NCBI GenBank assembly: GCA_046347625.1 | Contig: JAXMFU010000001.1 | Location: 671,512 to 735,511, forward strand | Length of the DNA: 64,000 bases | From: Candidatus Competibacteraceae bacterium | Lineage (GTDB): Bacteria > Pseudomonadota > Gammaproteobacteria > Competibacterales > Competibacteraceae | Direction: 5' to 3' | Part shown: piece after piece, positions 1 to 10,255 of the stretch | How the letters are laid out: each line of letters starts with the position of its first letter | How positions within the stretch are numbered: the stretch's first letter is position 1 | The notes under the pieces: model-generated | Seen by the model: only the letters and a program-made list of their open reading frames with translations | The model's database searches: none | What the model was told of the DNA's origin: nothing | Translations under genes and position numbers: made by a program

Positions 1-66
1 GGGCTCCTCGAAGGCGGGCTTGGGCGGCTCGCCAGGGGCCTCGGCGGCGGTCGTGGCTTCAGGCAT
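1..66 (-). CDS. Partial CDS, N-terminus only; the gene runs off the window start. Hypothetical protein beginning MPEATTAAEAPGEPPKPAFEEP.
   Basis: The reverse complement of positions 64-66 is ATG, and the frame stays open to position 1. Nothing else could be evaluated. Confidence 0.3.
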   Translation of the reverse strand, partial: MPEATTAAEAPGEPPKPAFEEP

Positions 67-258
67 TGGACGGGTGAGATCGTGCATTATGGACTTTCTC
101 CGTGGTTGAGGAACTTGGTCACGTTGGGTGGAGCAAGAGTTTGCCGATAAGGAAAATCCTGACAGCGCCCGGCGCACTGCTTCCCGGCCGAGTTGGGGTA
201 GAGGGGCGGAACGGTTATTATTGACGAATTGACTTGACCTTGCGGAGGACAAACGGCC

Positions 259-954
259 ATGGCCACCGTGATCGAGCAGGTTGACCGGCTGGCGGAGGCG
301 CTGGCGAATTTTGTCACCAGCGTCGGCATTGAATTCAACAAAGTGTACAACTCGCAACTGCGCACCGAGGCGGAACTGCGCGCGTTCCAGGAGGAGATGC
401 GGCTATACCGGGAGCGGGCCGAAGCGGATACCCGCGCGTTCCAGGAGGAGATGCGGGCGTTTAAGGACGAGATGCGCGCTTACAAGGATGAAAACCGTCG
501 GCAGACGCGGGAGATGAACCGCCAGTGGGGGGACCTGGCCAACAAGCTGGGCACGCTGGTGGAAGACCTGGTCTACCCCAGCCTGCCACACATCGTTGCG
601 CAGACCCTGGGGCGGGAGGTCATCCGCTGCGTGCCACGCCTCAAGCAGCGCCTCCCCGACGGCCGGGTGAAGGAATTTGACGCCGTCGCGGTGACCGCGG
701 ACCTGGTGGGGCTGAACAGCACCAAGGCGACGCTGACCAGCGCCGATGTGGATCGGTTCGTTGCCGATATTGCGGCATTTCGGGAATTTCTGCCCGAATA
801 TCGGGAATTGCCGGTGGTGGGGATACTGGCCACGCTGGCGGTGGAGGAGGGCGTGCTGAGCTACGCCGAGAAGGTGGGGTTTCTGGTGCTGGCAGTGGGC
901 GATGAGGTGATGGAGGTCAAGAACCGCCCGGGGTTCGAGCCCAAGCGGTGGTGA
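259..954 (+). CDS. Hypothetical protein. The N-terminus has a coiled-coil repeat (RAFQEEMR appears three times). The C-terminal domain resembles a PD-(D/E)XK / DUF3782-type fold.
   Basis: 231-aa ORF. The repeated heptad-like motif is visible in the translation. The C-terminal stretch EFDAVAV...VGILATLAVEEG looks like a nuclease fold, judged by pattern recall only. Confidence 0.5.
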   Translation: MATVIEQVDRLAEALANFVTSVGIEFNKVYNSQLRTEAELRAFQEEMRLYRERAEADTRAFQEEMRAFKDEMRAYKDENRRQTREMNRQWGDLANKLGTLVEDLVYPSLPHIVAQTLGREVIRCVPRLKQRLPDGRVKEFDAVAVTADLVGLNSTKATLTSADVDRFVADIAAFREFLPEYRELPVVGILATLAVEEGVLSYAEKVGFLVLAVGDEVMEVKNRPGFEPKRW

Positions 955-1829
955 GGGAGCGGCGTATACGCTCTCAGGGTAAACCCGGCGCGCCGGGCCG
1001 ACCGGCTGGTTCATTGAGCAAAGAGTCCTTCATCGATGAACAGTTGCGGGGGCATTACTCGGCGGATATGCTCTATCACCTGAAACGCAAGGACGGCGCA
1101 CCGGTTCAAGTCTATATCCTGCTGGAGCATAAGCGCACCCCGGAACGGTCCGCCCCCTTTCAACTGCTGCGCTACGAGGTCAAAATCGGTGAACGTGCCT
1201 TGAACGAGGGCATCGATCCCGCCGACCTGCCGCCGGTCATCCCGGTGCTGGTCTATCAGGGCGACAGTCCCTGGCCTTATGGGCAGACATTCCAGCAGTC
1301 CTTGCGCCTGCCGGACGCCTTCGCTCGGTATATGCCGGAATTCCGCTATGTACTGTGCGATCTAAGCCGGCTGTCGGATGCCGAGATCAAAGGAATCGTC
1401 TGGTTGCAGGTGGCGCTGCTGCTGATGAAACATATCGCCGATCCCACGCTGGCGGAGCAATTGCCGGCCATCTTCGGTCTGTGCCGGGAATTGGGGTCTA
1501 AACGCACAGCGTTGGGTTATCTGGAAACGATCTTACGGTATCTGAGCGCGGCATCGAAGACGGTCGGTATCCACGACATCCGCCGCGCGATTGCAACGAC
1601 ATTACCCAAGTTGGAGGAAAGACTCATGCCGACGATAGCGGAAGAATGGTTGGAAGAAGGGAAAGTATTGGGAGAAAGACAAATGCTGCTAAACATGTTG
1701 CAGCAGCGCTTTGGCACCGTGCCGGCAAGCTACAAGAAACGGCTCAAAGAGGCGGATTCGGATACGCTGCTGGAATGGGGCCGACGGCTGTTGTCGGCGC
1801 CCAGCCTCAAGGAGGTCTTTAAGCAATAG
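948..1829 (+). CDS. Rpn-family recombination-promoting nuclease / putative transposase (PDDEXK_1, YhgA-like).
   Basis: The core VYILLEHKRTPERSAPFQLLRYEV matches the LLEHQS...RLLRY region of the Rpn/transposase_31 family. Length is about 290 aa. Confidence 0.65.
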   Translation: MVRERRIRSQGKPGAPGRPAGSLSKESFIDEQLRGHYSADMLYHLKRKDGAPVQVYILLEHKRTPERSAPFQLLRYEVKIGERALNEGIDPADLPPVIPVLVYQGDSPWPYGQTFQQSLRLPDAFARYMPEFRYVLCDLSRLSDAEIKGIVWLQVALLLMKHIADPTLAEQLPAIFGLCRELGSKRTALGYLETILRYLSAASKTVGIHDIRRAIATTLPKLEERLMPTIAEEWLEEGKVLGERQMLLNMLQQRFGTVPASYKKRLKEADSDTLLEWGRRLLSAPSLKEVFKQ

Positions 1830-1835
1830 TATGCA

Positions 1836-2510
1836 TCATGACGAATCCCCGCGAGCGGCCTTCGGCTTGAGCAGATAGACCTTTTCCTCCAGCCGGTCGA
1901 GGCGATCGTGGAAACGGGGATTTTCCGCCAGAGCATCGTGGACATACAGCCGTTCGATGGCGTAGGCATTGCCGTACAGCGCCTGCACTTCCGATTCCTC
2001 GACCGAAAACGGCGGACCCTGCATGGCTTCCTGAGGATATTCGAGCGTAACCAGCAGCACGCCGGCCGAAGGCGGCAGGATGGCTGTCAGATGGCGGGCG
2101 TATTGTTGCCGTATGGCGGGAGGCAGGGCGATCAGTGAGGCACGATCGTAGACGCTGGCAATATCGCTCAAGTCCGCAGGGACAAGGGCAAAGAAATCGC
2201 CGAGCAGCAGCGTGAAGGCATCGGCCTGCCAGACCTCGAAACGTTCCGTCCGCCGGATTTGCGGGTTTACATCGTTTTCCTGGAAAAAACTTTCCACCGC
2301 CAGCCGATTGATCTCCACGCCCAACACCGGATGGCCCTGACCGGCCAGCCAGAGCATATCCAGGCTCTTCCCACACAGGGGAACGAAGATGCGCTCGTTG
2401 GGCTTTACCGTCAGACGGCTCCAGAACTGTTGCAGATGGGTGTTGATGTCCTGTTGATGAAAGGCAATCTCGTTCTTGCGCCAGCGGCGATGCCAGAAGT
2501 CGGGTTCCAT
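1836..2510 (-). CDS. tpm: Thiopurine S-methyltransferase.
   Basis: The N-terminus MEPDFWHRRWRKNEIAFHQ and the stretch PLCGKSLDMLWLAGQGHPVLGVE are typical of bacterial Tpm. Confidence 0.85.
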   Translation of the reverse strand: MEPDFWHRRWRKNEIAFHQQDINTHLQQFWSRLTVKPNERIFVPLCGKSLDMLWLAGQGHPVLGVEINRLAVESFFQENDVNPQIRRTERFEVWQADAFTLLLGDFFALVPADLSDIASVYDRASLIALPPAIRQQYARHLTAILPPSAGVLLVTLEYPQEAMQGPPFSVEESEVQALYGNAYAIERLYVHDALAENPRFHDRLDRLEEKVYLLKPKAARGDSS

Positions 2511-2705
2511 CGTGTCGGTTCTCCCGTTAAAGGTTGCTTGCCATTACAAAGATATTTTAACCTGTTCGGCCATGATTGCTGCCGAGTCCGAGGCACGCCG
2601 GCTCGTGCAATTTGCCGGTGATTGCGCTGTCAAAGCGTGCGATAAGCTTTACTTCTTGAAAATGTTAAGTTTTCTTTTTTATTACGAGCGACGTGGAGTG
2701 AATGA

Positions 2706-3692
2706 ATGCGCAAATCGATGTTGACCAAACTCCTGGTCGGCTTTGCCTTGGGGGCGCTGGGAATGCTCACAGGTTTGGCCGCCCGTGCTGAAACATTTGT
2801 ACTGCCGCCCCCGGATGTGGATCTGATCGGTGGCGTAAAAGTCGTCTATGCCAAGAAGGACGATACGCTGATGGATATCGCCCGCCGCTATGACGTGGGC
2901 TACGATCAGATCGTCAAGGCCAATCCTGGCATAAGCCGCTGGACGCCGGGAGAGGGCACACCCATTGTGCTGCCGACCCGTTATATTCTTCCCAATGCGC
3001 CCCGGGAAGGCATTGTGCTGAATATTTCGGAAATGCGCATCTATTATTATCCCAAGCCGGAGGCAGGACAGAAACCGGTGGTCATTACCTATCCGGTCAG
3101 CATCGGTCGGATGGACTGGAAGACGCCGCTGGGTAAGACTTCGGTAATCGATAAGAAGAAGGACCCGGCCTGGTATCCACCGGCTTCGGTCAAACGTGAA
3201 CATGCCGCCGACGGCGAGGAACTGCCGGATATGATACCGGGGGGTGACCCTGAAAATCCGCTAGGGCATTATGCCCTCTATCTGGGAATCCCCGGCTATC
3301 GAATCCATGGCACCGACGAACGCAAGGCCCTGGGTATCGGAATGCGGGTCACCCACGGTTGCGTGCGCTTGTATCCCGAAAATATCGAGCAATTGTTCAG
3401 CATCGTGCCGGTGGGTACCCCGGTGTATATCGTCGATCAACCGGTCAAGGCAGGCTGGCTGGCCGATACCCTGTTTTTAGAAGTGCATTCCCCGCTGGAA
3501 GAAGATGAACTGCCGATGAATGTCAGCGTAGAAGGCGCCCTGAAAGTCGCAAAAGCCAAAGCCAGGGCGGAGACCCCGATCGATATGCAGGCGATTGAAT
3601 TGCTCGTGGAGCAGGGCAGCGGCATCCCGGTGCCGATCGCCAGCGCGATGGAACAGGCCGGTCCCGGCCTGGTATCGACCTCACCTAATTAG
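2706..3692 (+). CDS. L,D-transpeptidase with an N-terminal LysM domain (YkuD catalytic domain).
   Basis: Signal peptide present. LysM motif DTLMDIARRYDVGYDQIVKANP. Catalytic HGT...THGCVRL motif. Confidence 0.85.
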   Translation: MRKSMLTKLLVGFALGALGMLTGLAARAETFVLPPPDVDLIGGVKVVYAKKDDTLMDIARRYDVGYDQIVKANPGISRWTPGEGTPIVLPTRYILPNAPREGIVLNISEMRIYYYPKPEAGQKPVVITYPVSIGRMDWKTPLGKTSVIDKKKDPAWYPPASVKREHAADGEELPDMIPGGDPENPLGHYALYLGIPGYRIHGTDERKALGIGMRVTHGCVRLYPENIEQLFSIVPVGTPVYIVDQPVKAGWLADTLFLEVHSPLEEDELPMNVSVEGALKVAKAKARAETPIDMQAIELLVEQGSGIPVPIASAMEQAGPGLVSTSPN

Positions 3693-3957
3693 GTGAACAC
3701 GGGTGCGCAGGGCGCAGCCTGCTGGTAGGAGCGAGCCGGCTCGCTCCTACAGTCCAACGCTCTAAAAGCCTATACGAAAACTAAGACTTTGCCTGGCAAT
3801 GATGGGTTTCGCTCCGCTGGCGCTGCGCTCTACCCATCCTACCGCATAGCTTCACAACCCCGCCCGCTAGAGACCATAAATTATTGTAGTTATTGTAGGA
3901 TGGGTAGAACCGCGCGTAGCGCCGTGAAACCCATCGGTTGCACTTTAAAACCTGCGG

Positions 3958-3996
3958 ACATAAAAAAACCCCGCGGCCCACAGGGGCCCCGGGGGT
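3958..3996. terminator. Bidirectional Rho-independent terminator between the convergent ldt and lpp-like genes.
   Basis: The sequence aaaaaaaccccgcggcccacaggggccccgggggtttttt is a GC-rich hairpin flanked by A and T runs. Confidence 0.6.
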
Positions 3997-4013
3997 TTTT
4001 TACCGCGAACGGC

Positions 4014-4268
4014 TTATTTGTACATGCTCTTTTTGTAGCCCTTGTTCAAGGCTTGCTCGAGCTGATTGATACGGGCGGCGTTGTCAGCGCAGCACTGATT
4101 CGCGGTCGCCAGGGCATTGTCCGCGGTCTGCTTGGCTTCGTTCGCCGTACCTTGGGCGGCCACAGCCGTCTGCCGTACTTTCTCCAGTTCGCTGGTGCTG
4201 GCGCAACCAACGCTCAGAGCGGCCACCAGGGCTACGGCGGAGACTTTGGTCAGGGTTTTCAAGCTCAT
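4014..4268 (-). CDS. Small alanine-zipper outer-membrane lipoprotein (Lpp/OprI-like).
   Basis: 84 aa. Lipobox LSVGC. Ala- and Gln-rich helical repeats as in OprI/Lpp. Confidence 0.7.
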   Translation of the reverse strand: MSLKTLTKVSAVALVAALSVGCASTSELEKVRQTAVAAQGTANEAKQTADNALATANQCCADNAARINQLEQALNKGYKKSMYK

Positions 4269-4525
4269 TGTTTACACTCCTTTTTTATTTAAGAGAGTTT
4301 AACAAACAGGGTATGACGTTAAAAGTTAACACAAGGGTTAACATAAGATGGGATATTCATCCACGCGGGGATACTGCCTTAAACAGGCGGATTTGTAAAG
4401 TGACGATTCATACCAGTGACCAAAGCTATCCTTATTTCATATACAGTTATCCCTTTCGGTCGCCATAAACAGTAAAGAAATCTTTATGAGGCCCAACATT
4501 TTCAGGTAATCATCCAAATTCAGTC

Positions 4526-5158
4526 CTAGCGAATCTCCACAGTGGTTCCTATATCCACCCATTGAGCAAGGCGATCGATTTGGTCGTTATCCAACGCCAC
4601 ACAACCGCTGGTCCAGTTGTAGCTGGCGTGGACCAGAGGATCGCCGGCGCCGATGCCGTGGATGCCAATGCTGCCGCCCAGTGCGGTATCTTGGGGCGGT
4701 GTCGCCCCCATGTCGATAGCATAGCGGATGTTGGAATAATCCCAATCGCTGATCCGCCCTTCCCGATAGGCTTGCTCGGCATACTCCCGATTGGGGTAAT
4801 CCAGACCGAAGAAAGTTTTGAACCGGCTGTGCCAGTTGATCCAGCCGATACGAAATACGCCTAAGGGAGTGACCTCGTCACCGCGCCAGCGCTTTTGACC
4901 GGCGCCACCACTGCCGATCGCAATATGGTAGAAAACCTCTATCGGACGGTTGCCACTCATGATCGATAAGGTATCCCGCCGGGTATCCACCAGCACCCAG
5001 GGATTGGACCGAGACGGTTTGATAACTTGGGGCCTGATGATGACCGGTTGGGTCTTGGGCGCTTCCTCCACCGGAGCCGGGGTTTCGGCACAGGCGGCCA
5101 GCAGACAGACCAAACCGAAGAGGAGTAGCTGTCTTCTGCTATTGATGAATTGCCACAT
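4526..5158 (-). CDS. L,D-transpeptidase lipoprotein (YkuD family).
   Basis: Lipobox LLAAC. Motif IGIHGIG...TSGCVAL matches the catalytic Cys loop. Confidence 0.8.
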   Translation of the reverse strand: MWQFINSRRQLLLFGLVCLLAACAETPAPVEEAPKTQPVIIRPQVIKPSRSNPWVLVDTRRDTLSIMSGNRPIEVFYHIAIGSGGAGQKRWRGDEVTPLGVFRIGWINWHSRFKTFFGLDYPNREYAEQAYREGRISDWDYSNIRYAIDMGATPPQDTALGGSIGIHGIGAGDPLVHASYNWTSGCVALDNDQIDRLAQWVDIGTTVEIR

Positions 5159-5192
5159 AGGTACTGTTCTCGAGACTTTTTACTGGATAAGA

Positions 5193-5537
5193 TTAGCCAT
5201 GTTCACTTTTCTGAACTTGCGACAGATTCTCGGCATGCTTCTTGCCAAGTGCCAGGAAGCGAGGGGTACGGCCCACGTCCTCGAAGATAGGGTCGCCCAA
5301 TTCATCTTCGGCGATAACGCGGTCACCCTGTTCGTAAGGAAACGATGCCTGCACCAGGTCCAGGGCTACTGTGAGCAGTTCAGTGATAATTTCGGTTTCC
5401 GTTTTTAAGGGATACATTTCCGCCAGGGCGGCCACCCGGGCGGCATCGTGCAAGGGTAGACGAACCCGATACTCGTGAGGAGCCAGGGTTACGCCGGCGG
5501 ATTTTTCCCAGTTTTGAAGCAGTTCTTTAATATCCAT
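5193..5537 (-). CDS. Hypothetical protein. The start was moved to the internal Met (MDIKELLQNW) so that it no longer overlaps osmC.
   Basis: ORF only; no motif recognised. Confidence 0.35.
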   Translation of the reverse strand: MDIKELLQNWEKSAGVTLAPHEYRVRLPLHDAARVAALAEMYPLKTETEIITELLTVALDLVQASFPYEQGDRVIAEDELGDPIFEDVGRTPRFLALGKKHAENLSQVQKSEHG

Positions 5538-5566
5538 CGGCAATTGTCTTGGGCCAGGCCATACCG

Positions 5567-6016
5567 TCAGCGCGGGGCGATGGCCACCTCGGATCGTAGG
5601 GAGTTGGAGACAAAACAATTTTCCTCGGCCTTACGGTATAACTCGGCCAGGGTTTCCGGGTCCGGTTGCCGGCCCGGGCCGAAGCTCACCTTGGGGTGCA
5701 GGATAATCCGGCTAATCATGGTTTTACCGCGTTCATTCTTTCCCAGTTCGCACTCGGCCTCATCCTCGTAGCTGTCTACCACCAAGCGCTTGAGCGCGGC
5801 GATTGACAGAAACGTCAGCATAAAGCAACTGGACAGGGAGGCGATTAGAATCTCTTCAGGGTCGGTCAGTGTCGGATCGCCGAAATAAGCCGGCGATGAC
5901 GAACCCGGTAAGATCTGTCCTCCGGAGAAGTGTAACTCATAGCTGCGATCGAACGTTTGGTATTCGAAATCCGGCGAGCGACGCTGCCAGCGCAGGGTGA
6001 CTCGGTGTGCGGCCAT
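5567..6016 (-). CDS. osmC: OsmC/Ohr-family peroxiredoxin-like protein.
   Basis: Contains ASLSSCFMLTF and a second Cys (ENCFVSNS), as in OsmC. Confidence 0.8.
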   Translation of the reverse strand: MAAHRVTLRWQRRSPDFEYQTFDRSYELHFSGGQILPGSSSPAYFGDPTLTDPEEILIASLSSCFMLTFLSIAALKRLVVDSYEDEAECELGKNERGKTMISRIILHPKVSFGPGRQPDPETLAELYRKAEENCFVSNSLRSEVAIAPR

Positions 6017-6290
6017 AGCCTTCCTTTTGGTTGCAAGCTGGATTGCTTATCCTACCACGTTCGAGCGGGTCGGTGGTTTTGCGTTAGATCAAGGTTTCGG
6101 GTACCTGCTGTGCGAGCATGCTCACGCTTACGGCATGTCGCCATGACAATCCTCGTAGGCCGTGTTATGGTGAATTGTAAACCGCATAAAGCCTTCACAC
6201 GCCGTCTGCGGCCGGCGCTGTTCCCGGTGGGAACAGGTTTCTAACGCCGTTGCGCCGGCAATGAGTCTGATATGGGGAAAAGCAATAGTT

Positions 6291-6920
6291 ATGCCTAGAT
6301 TAACCGTATTTCTGACCGGGCTCTTTTTATTGTTGGGAACGCCGGCCTTGGCCGCGCCCGCCGATTCGCAGGTCCAGGGCTATTTTCGCGACCTGAAATC
6401 CTTGCAGGCGGACTTTACCCAGACGATTCTGGATGAACAATCGCGAACCTTGGAAACGTCCAAGGGGCAGATGTTTATGCAAAAGCCCGGCCGTTTCCGT
6501 TGGGACTACCGCCAGCCCCCTTCCCAGTTGATCGTGGCGGATGGTCAACGGATGTGGCTGTATGATAAGGAATTGCAGCAGGTGACCGTACGCCGGCTGG
6601 ATAAGGCGCTGAGCGCTACCCCGCTGGCCTTATTGAGCGGAGCGGCACCACTCGAGAATGCCTTTGTCGTCAGTGGTTCCGGCGTCCGGGACGGTCTACA
6701 GTGGTACGAGTTGCGTCCGAAGGAAGAACAACCCGAGTTCAAGATGCTGCGAGTGGCCTTCGACGGCAATGTGCTGAAAATCATCGAATTGGAAGATGCC
6801 TTCAACCAGCGCACCCGCCTCAGCTTCGACCGTTTACAGCGCAACGTACCCATCGATCCGGAATTGCTGCGCTTTGTTCCTCCCCAGGGTGTGGATGTCG
6901 TAGGCGATGTGCCCCGTTGA
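6291..6920 (+). CDS. lolA: Outer-membrane lipoprotein carrier protein LolA.
   Basis: Signal peptide followed by FRDLKSLQADFTQ and GRFRWDYRQP, which are LolA signatures. The start was set at MPRLTVF. Confidence 0.85.
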   Translation: MPRLTVFLTGLFLLLGTPALAAPADSQVQGYFRDLKSLQADFTQTILDEQSRTLETSKGQMFMQKPGRFRWDYRQPPSQLIVADGQRMWLYDKELQQVTVRRLDKALSATPLALLSGAAPLENAFVVSGSGVRDGLQWYELRPKEEQPEFKMLRVAFDGNVLKIIELEDAFNQRTRLSFDRLQRNVPIDPELLRFVPPQGVDVVGDVPR

Positions 6921-8241
6921 TGACAGTCCGCCGGCGGCCCGGCTGGAACTGCGGCCGCTGGCCGACCGAATCCGGCCCCGCCGCCTGGAAGAGGTGGCGG
7001 GGCAATCCCATCTGCTGGCACCCGGTAAACCTCTCTACACGGCTATCGTCAGGGGTCAATTGCACTCGCTGGTGCTGTGGGGACCGCCGGGTACGGGTAA
7101 AACCACGTTGGCTCGCCTGGTCGCCGACTACAGCGGTGCGTTGTTTCTCAGTCTGTCGGCGGTACTGGCCGGGGTAAAGGAAGTGCGCGCGGCGGTGGAA
7201 CAGGCCCAGAAGCTTTGGCGGGCGGAGCGGCGACGCACCATTTTGTTTGTCGATGAAGTGCATCGCTTCAATAAAGCCCAGCAGGATGCCTTTCTACCCT
7301 TTGTAGAAGACGGCACTTTGATTTTAATTGGCGCGACCACGGAAAATCCTAGCTTCGCGCTGAATGCGGCGCTGCTGTCGCGGCTGCGGGTTTATGTGCT
7401 GAAACCACTGACCAAGGATGATCTCAGGCAATTGCTCGAACGGGCCTTGCGGGACAGCGAACGGGGTCTGGGCGGACACGGCGTGGAACTGAGCGAGGCA
7501 CAGCGGGACAGCCTGGTTCAGGCCGCCGATGGTGATGCCCGTCGTGCCTTGACGTTGCTGGAACTGACCGTCGAACTGGTGGAATCGGGCCAGGATTTGG
7601 ATGCGGCCGTGGCCGAGGTCGTGACCGGCGGTATCCGACGTTTCGACAAGGGCGGCGATATTTTTTACGAGCAGATTTCCGCGCTGCACAAAGCGGTGCG
7701 GGGCAGTCACCCGGATGCGACCCTGTACTGGTTCGCCCGGATGCTGGATGGTGGTTGCGATCCCCTGTATATCGCCCGGCGGGTGGTGCGGATGGCGTCG
7801 GAAGATATCGGCAATGCCGATCCGCGGGGATTGCGGCTCGCGTTGGACGCCTGGGAAACCTACGAACGCCTGGGCAGTCCCGAGGGCGAATTGGCCATCG
7901 CTCAGGCGTTGGTCTATCTGGCCTGTGCGCCCAAGAGCAATGCGGTTTATCTGGCACTGGGGGCGGCAATGCAGGATGTCCGCGAGTACGGTTCGCTGGA
8001 GGTGCCGCTGCAATTGCGCAATGCGCCCACCCGTCTGCTGAAGGAACTAGGTTACGGCAAGGACTATCGTTATGCTCACGATGAACCCGAAGCCTATGCC
8101 GCCGGCGAGACCTATTTCCCGACCGAACTGGGAGAGCGCCACTATTATCGACCGGTACAGCGGGGGCTTGAAATCAAGATCGCCGCGAAACTGGCTTATT
8201 TACGAGGGTTGGATGCTAAGGCCAAAGAGAACAAGCTATAG
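6907..8241 (+). CDS. rarA: Replication-associated recombination protein A (AAA+ ATPase).
   Basis: Walker A motif [17 protein letters not shown], and the C-terminal MgsA domain. The gene order lolA-rarA is conserved. Confidence 0.9.
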   Translation: MCPVDDSPPAARLELRPLADRIRPRRLEEVAGQSHLLAPGKPLYTAIVRGQLHSLVLWGPPGTGKTTLARLVADYSGALFLSLSAVLAGVKEVRAAVEQAQKLWRAERRRTILFVDEVHRFNKAQQDAFLPFVEDGTLILIGATTENPSFALNAALLSRLRVYVLKPLTKDDLRQLLERALRDSERGLGGHGVELSEAQRDSLVQAADGDARRALTLLELTVELVESGQDLDAAVAEVVTGGIRRFDKGGDIFYEQISALHKAVRGSHPDATLYWFARMLDGGCDPLYIARRVVRMASEDIGNADPRGLRLALDAWETYERLGSPEGELAIAQALVYLACAPKSNAVYLALGAAMQDVREYGSLEVPLQLRNAPTRLLKELGYGKDYRYAHDEPEAYAAGETYFPTELGERHYYRPVQRGLEIKIAAKLAYLRGLDAKAKENKL

Positions 8242-8426
8242 CTGTCGCCCAAACTGTTACCCCATGCAGGACCGAAGTGTCTGAACTCACGACCTTGCGA
8301 TCACCTTCGGGGCAACGCTGCCATGCTGCTGTCGGAAGAGACCCAGGAAACCGCCGGCGACACTGCAGAGGCGGGCGCCGCAGTTTTAAGGTAAGTTTCA
8401 GGTGTGCCGGGTCTCGCGCGGACTGA

Positions 8427-8678
8427 TCAATGTGTCCCCAGCCATTCCTCTTTCTTCGGCATCTGCAAATGCCAACCCCGTTCTTGCAGATTCCGCATGA
8501 CTTCCACGACATCCTCCTGGGCCAGCTTGCGCTCCGGCGACAGTTCCAGATCCATCACGTAGACCGGTTGACCCAGCAACCGGAGCAGAGACTCCGGTAC
8601 CCGGCTGAAGTCATCCTTGACGGCCACATACAGATAGGTGTCATATTTCTTGAGGCTCTTGTAAATCGCACAAAACAT
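8427..8678 (-). CDS. ycgL: YcgL-domain protein. The start was moved to the internal Met (MFCAIYKS).
   Basis: MFCAIYKSLKKYDTYLYV...DDFSRVPE matches the E. coli YcgL N-terminus. Confidence 0.75.
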   Translation of the reverse strand: MFCAIYKSLKKYDTYLYVAVKDDFSRVPESLLRLLGQPVYVMDLELSPERKLAQEDVVEVMRNLQERGWHLQMPKKEEWLGTH

Positions 8679-8785
8679 GGAAGTGGCTCCTGGTAACGGT
8701 TCACAGTCAAGGCCATCAGACATTATCATTGACAACTCATCCGCATATTTTTCAGCACCCAGCATAACTGGCGAGGTTTCACTCC

Positions 8786-9430
8786 ATGGCCGAAATAGAA
8801 GCGTTACTCCAGGGTTTCCGTCGTTTCCGCAGTAAAGCCTTTCAGGAAAACCGTCGATTATTCAATGAACTGGCGCAACAAGGCCAATCTCCCAAAACCT
8901 TGATCATCGGCTGCAGCGATTCTCGGGTCGATCCCGGTGCCATCACGGATGCGTCCCCCGGCGATTTGTTCGTCGTCCGCAATGTGGCCAACCTGGTGCC
9001 GCCCTGCGAAACCGACCATGCTCACCATGGGACCAGTGCCGCCCTGGAGTACGCGGTCTGCCACCTCCAGGTCAAAAACATCATCGTATTGGGACATGCC
9101 CATTGCGGCGGCATCAAGGCCCTGATGGAAGGCTATGATGAAAAGGATGACAACTTTATCGGACCCTGGGTCAAAATCGCCGCTTCCGCGCGCGATAAAG
9201 TGCTGGAGCGCTGGCCGGGCGCCGGTAGCGAATTCCAGCAGCGCGCCTGCGAACGCGCCAGTATCCTGGCTTCGCTGACCAACTTGCAGACTTTTCCTTT
9301 TGTTAAGGAGGCGATGGCGGCGGGAAGCCTGCGCCTGTTCGGCTGGTACTTCGATATCGATAACGGCGAACTGCTGCAATACGATCCTGAAAAGCACCAT
9401 TTTCATGATCTTTATTTCGATTGGGAATAA
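8786..9430 (+). CDS. can: Beta-class carbonic anhydrase.
   Basis: Motifs CSDSRV and HGHAHCGG. Confidence 0.85.
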   Translation: MAEIEALLQGFRRFRSKAFQENRRLFNELAQQGQSPKTLIIGCSDSRVDPGAITDASPGDLFVVRNVANLVPPCETDHAHHGTSAALEYAVCHLQVKNIIVLGHAHCGGIKALMEGYDEKDDNFIGPWVKIAASARDKVLERWPGAGSEFQQRACERASILASLTNLQTFPFVKEAMAAGSLRLFGWYFDIDNGELLQYDPEKHHFHDLYFDWE

Positions 9431-9432
9431 CA

Positions 9433-9504
9433 GTAGGAGCGAGCTGGCTCGTGAATTCGGTCGGTTGCCACCGTGCGCCCCTTCGCGAGCCAGCTCGCTC
9501 CTAC
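9433..9504. repeat. REP-like palindrome, family A: GTAGGAGCGAGC ... GCTCGCTCCTAC, with a loop of about 34 nt.
   Basis: A perfect 19-nt inverted repeat. The same arm sequence is seen at 3725-3750 and 31295-31367. Confidence 0.7.
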
Positions 9505-9604
9505 GACTACGGGAGTGAAACGGCCCAACCGTTTTAACGGCACCCGGTGAAGAATATATTATTTAAGGAGTGCCCCAAGCACCGGCCGAGATTGGCAGAA
9601 TCCT

Positions 9605-10255
9605 GTGAACCCTATCGAAACCGCGATTAGCGACGGAATCCACTCGCTGGGTCTACAAGTACCGACTGACGCCCCGGCTCGTCTTTACACTTATATAAGG
9701 CTGCTGGAACGCTGGAATCGGGTCTATAATCTCACCGCCGTGCGCCGTCCCGAGGACATGGTCAGCCGTCATCTCCTGGACAGTCTGTCGATCCTGCCCT
9801 GGGTGCGGGGACCGCGCGTGCTGGACGTGGGCAGCGGCGCCGGTCTGCCGGGGATTCCACTGGCCGTCGCCCGACCCCAATGGGAATTTTACCTGGTAGA
9901 CAGTAACGCCAAGCGCACCCGCTTTATGCAACAGGCGATCGCAGAACTCAAGTTGACACATACCCAGGTGGTGCGTTGCCGGCTTCAGGATTATTATCCT
10001 GACATCAAGTTCGCCAGTCTGGTCACTCGGGCTTATGCTACGCTAACGGAACTCACGGTGGATAGCGCTCGTCTGTGCGCGGCGGACGGCTGCCTGCTGG
10101 TCATGAAAGGCGCCTATCCTCATGCAGAACTCAAGCACGTTTCTCCCGCCTGGCAGGTCGTGGGCGTCCACCGGCTGACGGTGCCGGGATTGGATGCCGA
10201 GCGCCATCTGGTCGAACTTGTGCCGCGGGATACTGATACTCAGGCAAACGGTTAA
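9605..10255 (+). CDS. rsmG: 16S rRNA (guanine527-N7)-methyltransferase.
   Basis: Contains LLERWNRVYNLTAV and the SAM-binding motif LDVGSGAGLPG. Sits upstream of parA. Confidence 0.9.
   Translation: MNPIETAISDGIHSLGLQVPTDAPARLYTYIRLLERWNRVYNLTAVRRPEDMVSRHLLDSLSILPWVRGPRVLDVGSGAGLPGIPLAVARPQWEFYLVDSNAKRTRFMQQAIAELKLTHTQVVRCRLQDYYPDIKFASLVTRAYATLTELTVDSARLCAADGCLLVMKGAYPHAELKHVSPAWQVVGVHRLTVPGLDAERHLVELVPRDTDTQANG

Noticed and set aside
281-1014. Several Arg-rich ORFs in alternative frames and on the opposite strand of the first two genes.
   Set aside because: Arg/Gly/Pro-rich composition typical of off-frame GC-rich sequence. They overlap better-supported genes.
9433-9605. Chromosomal origin (oriC) expected near rsmG-parAB.
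   Set aside because: mnmG is not upstream here, and I saw no cluster of TTATCCACA-type DnaA boxes. Only a REP palindrome lies upstream of rsmG.
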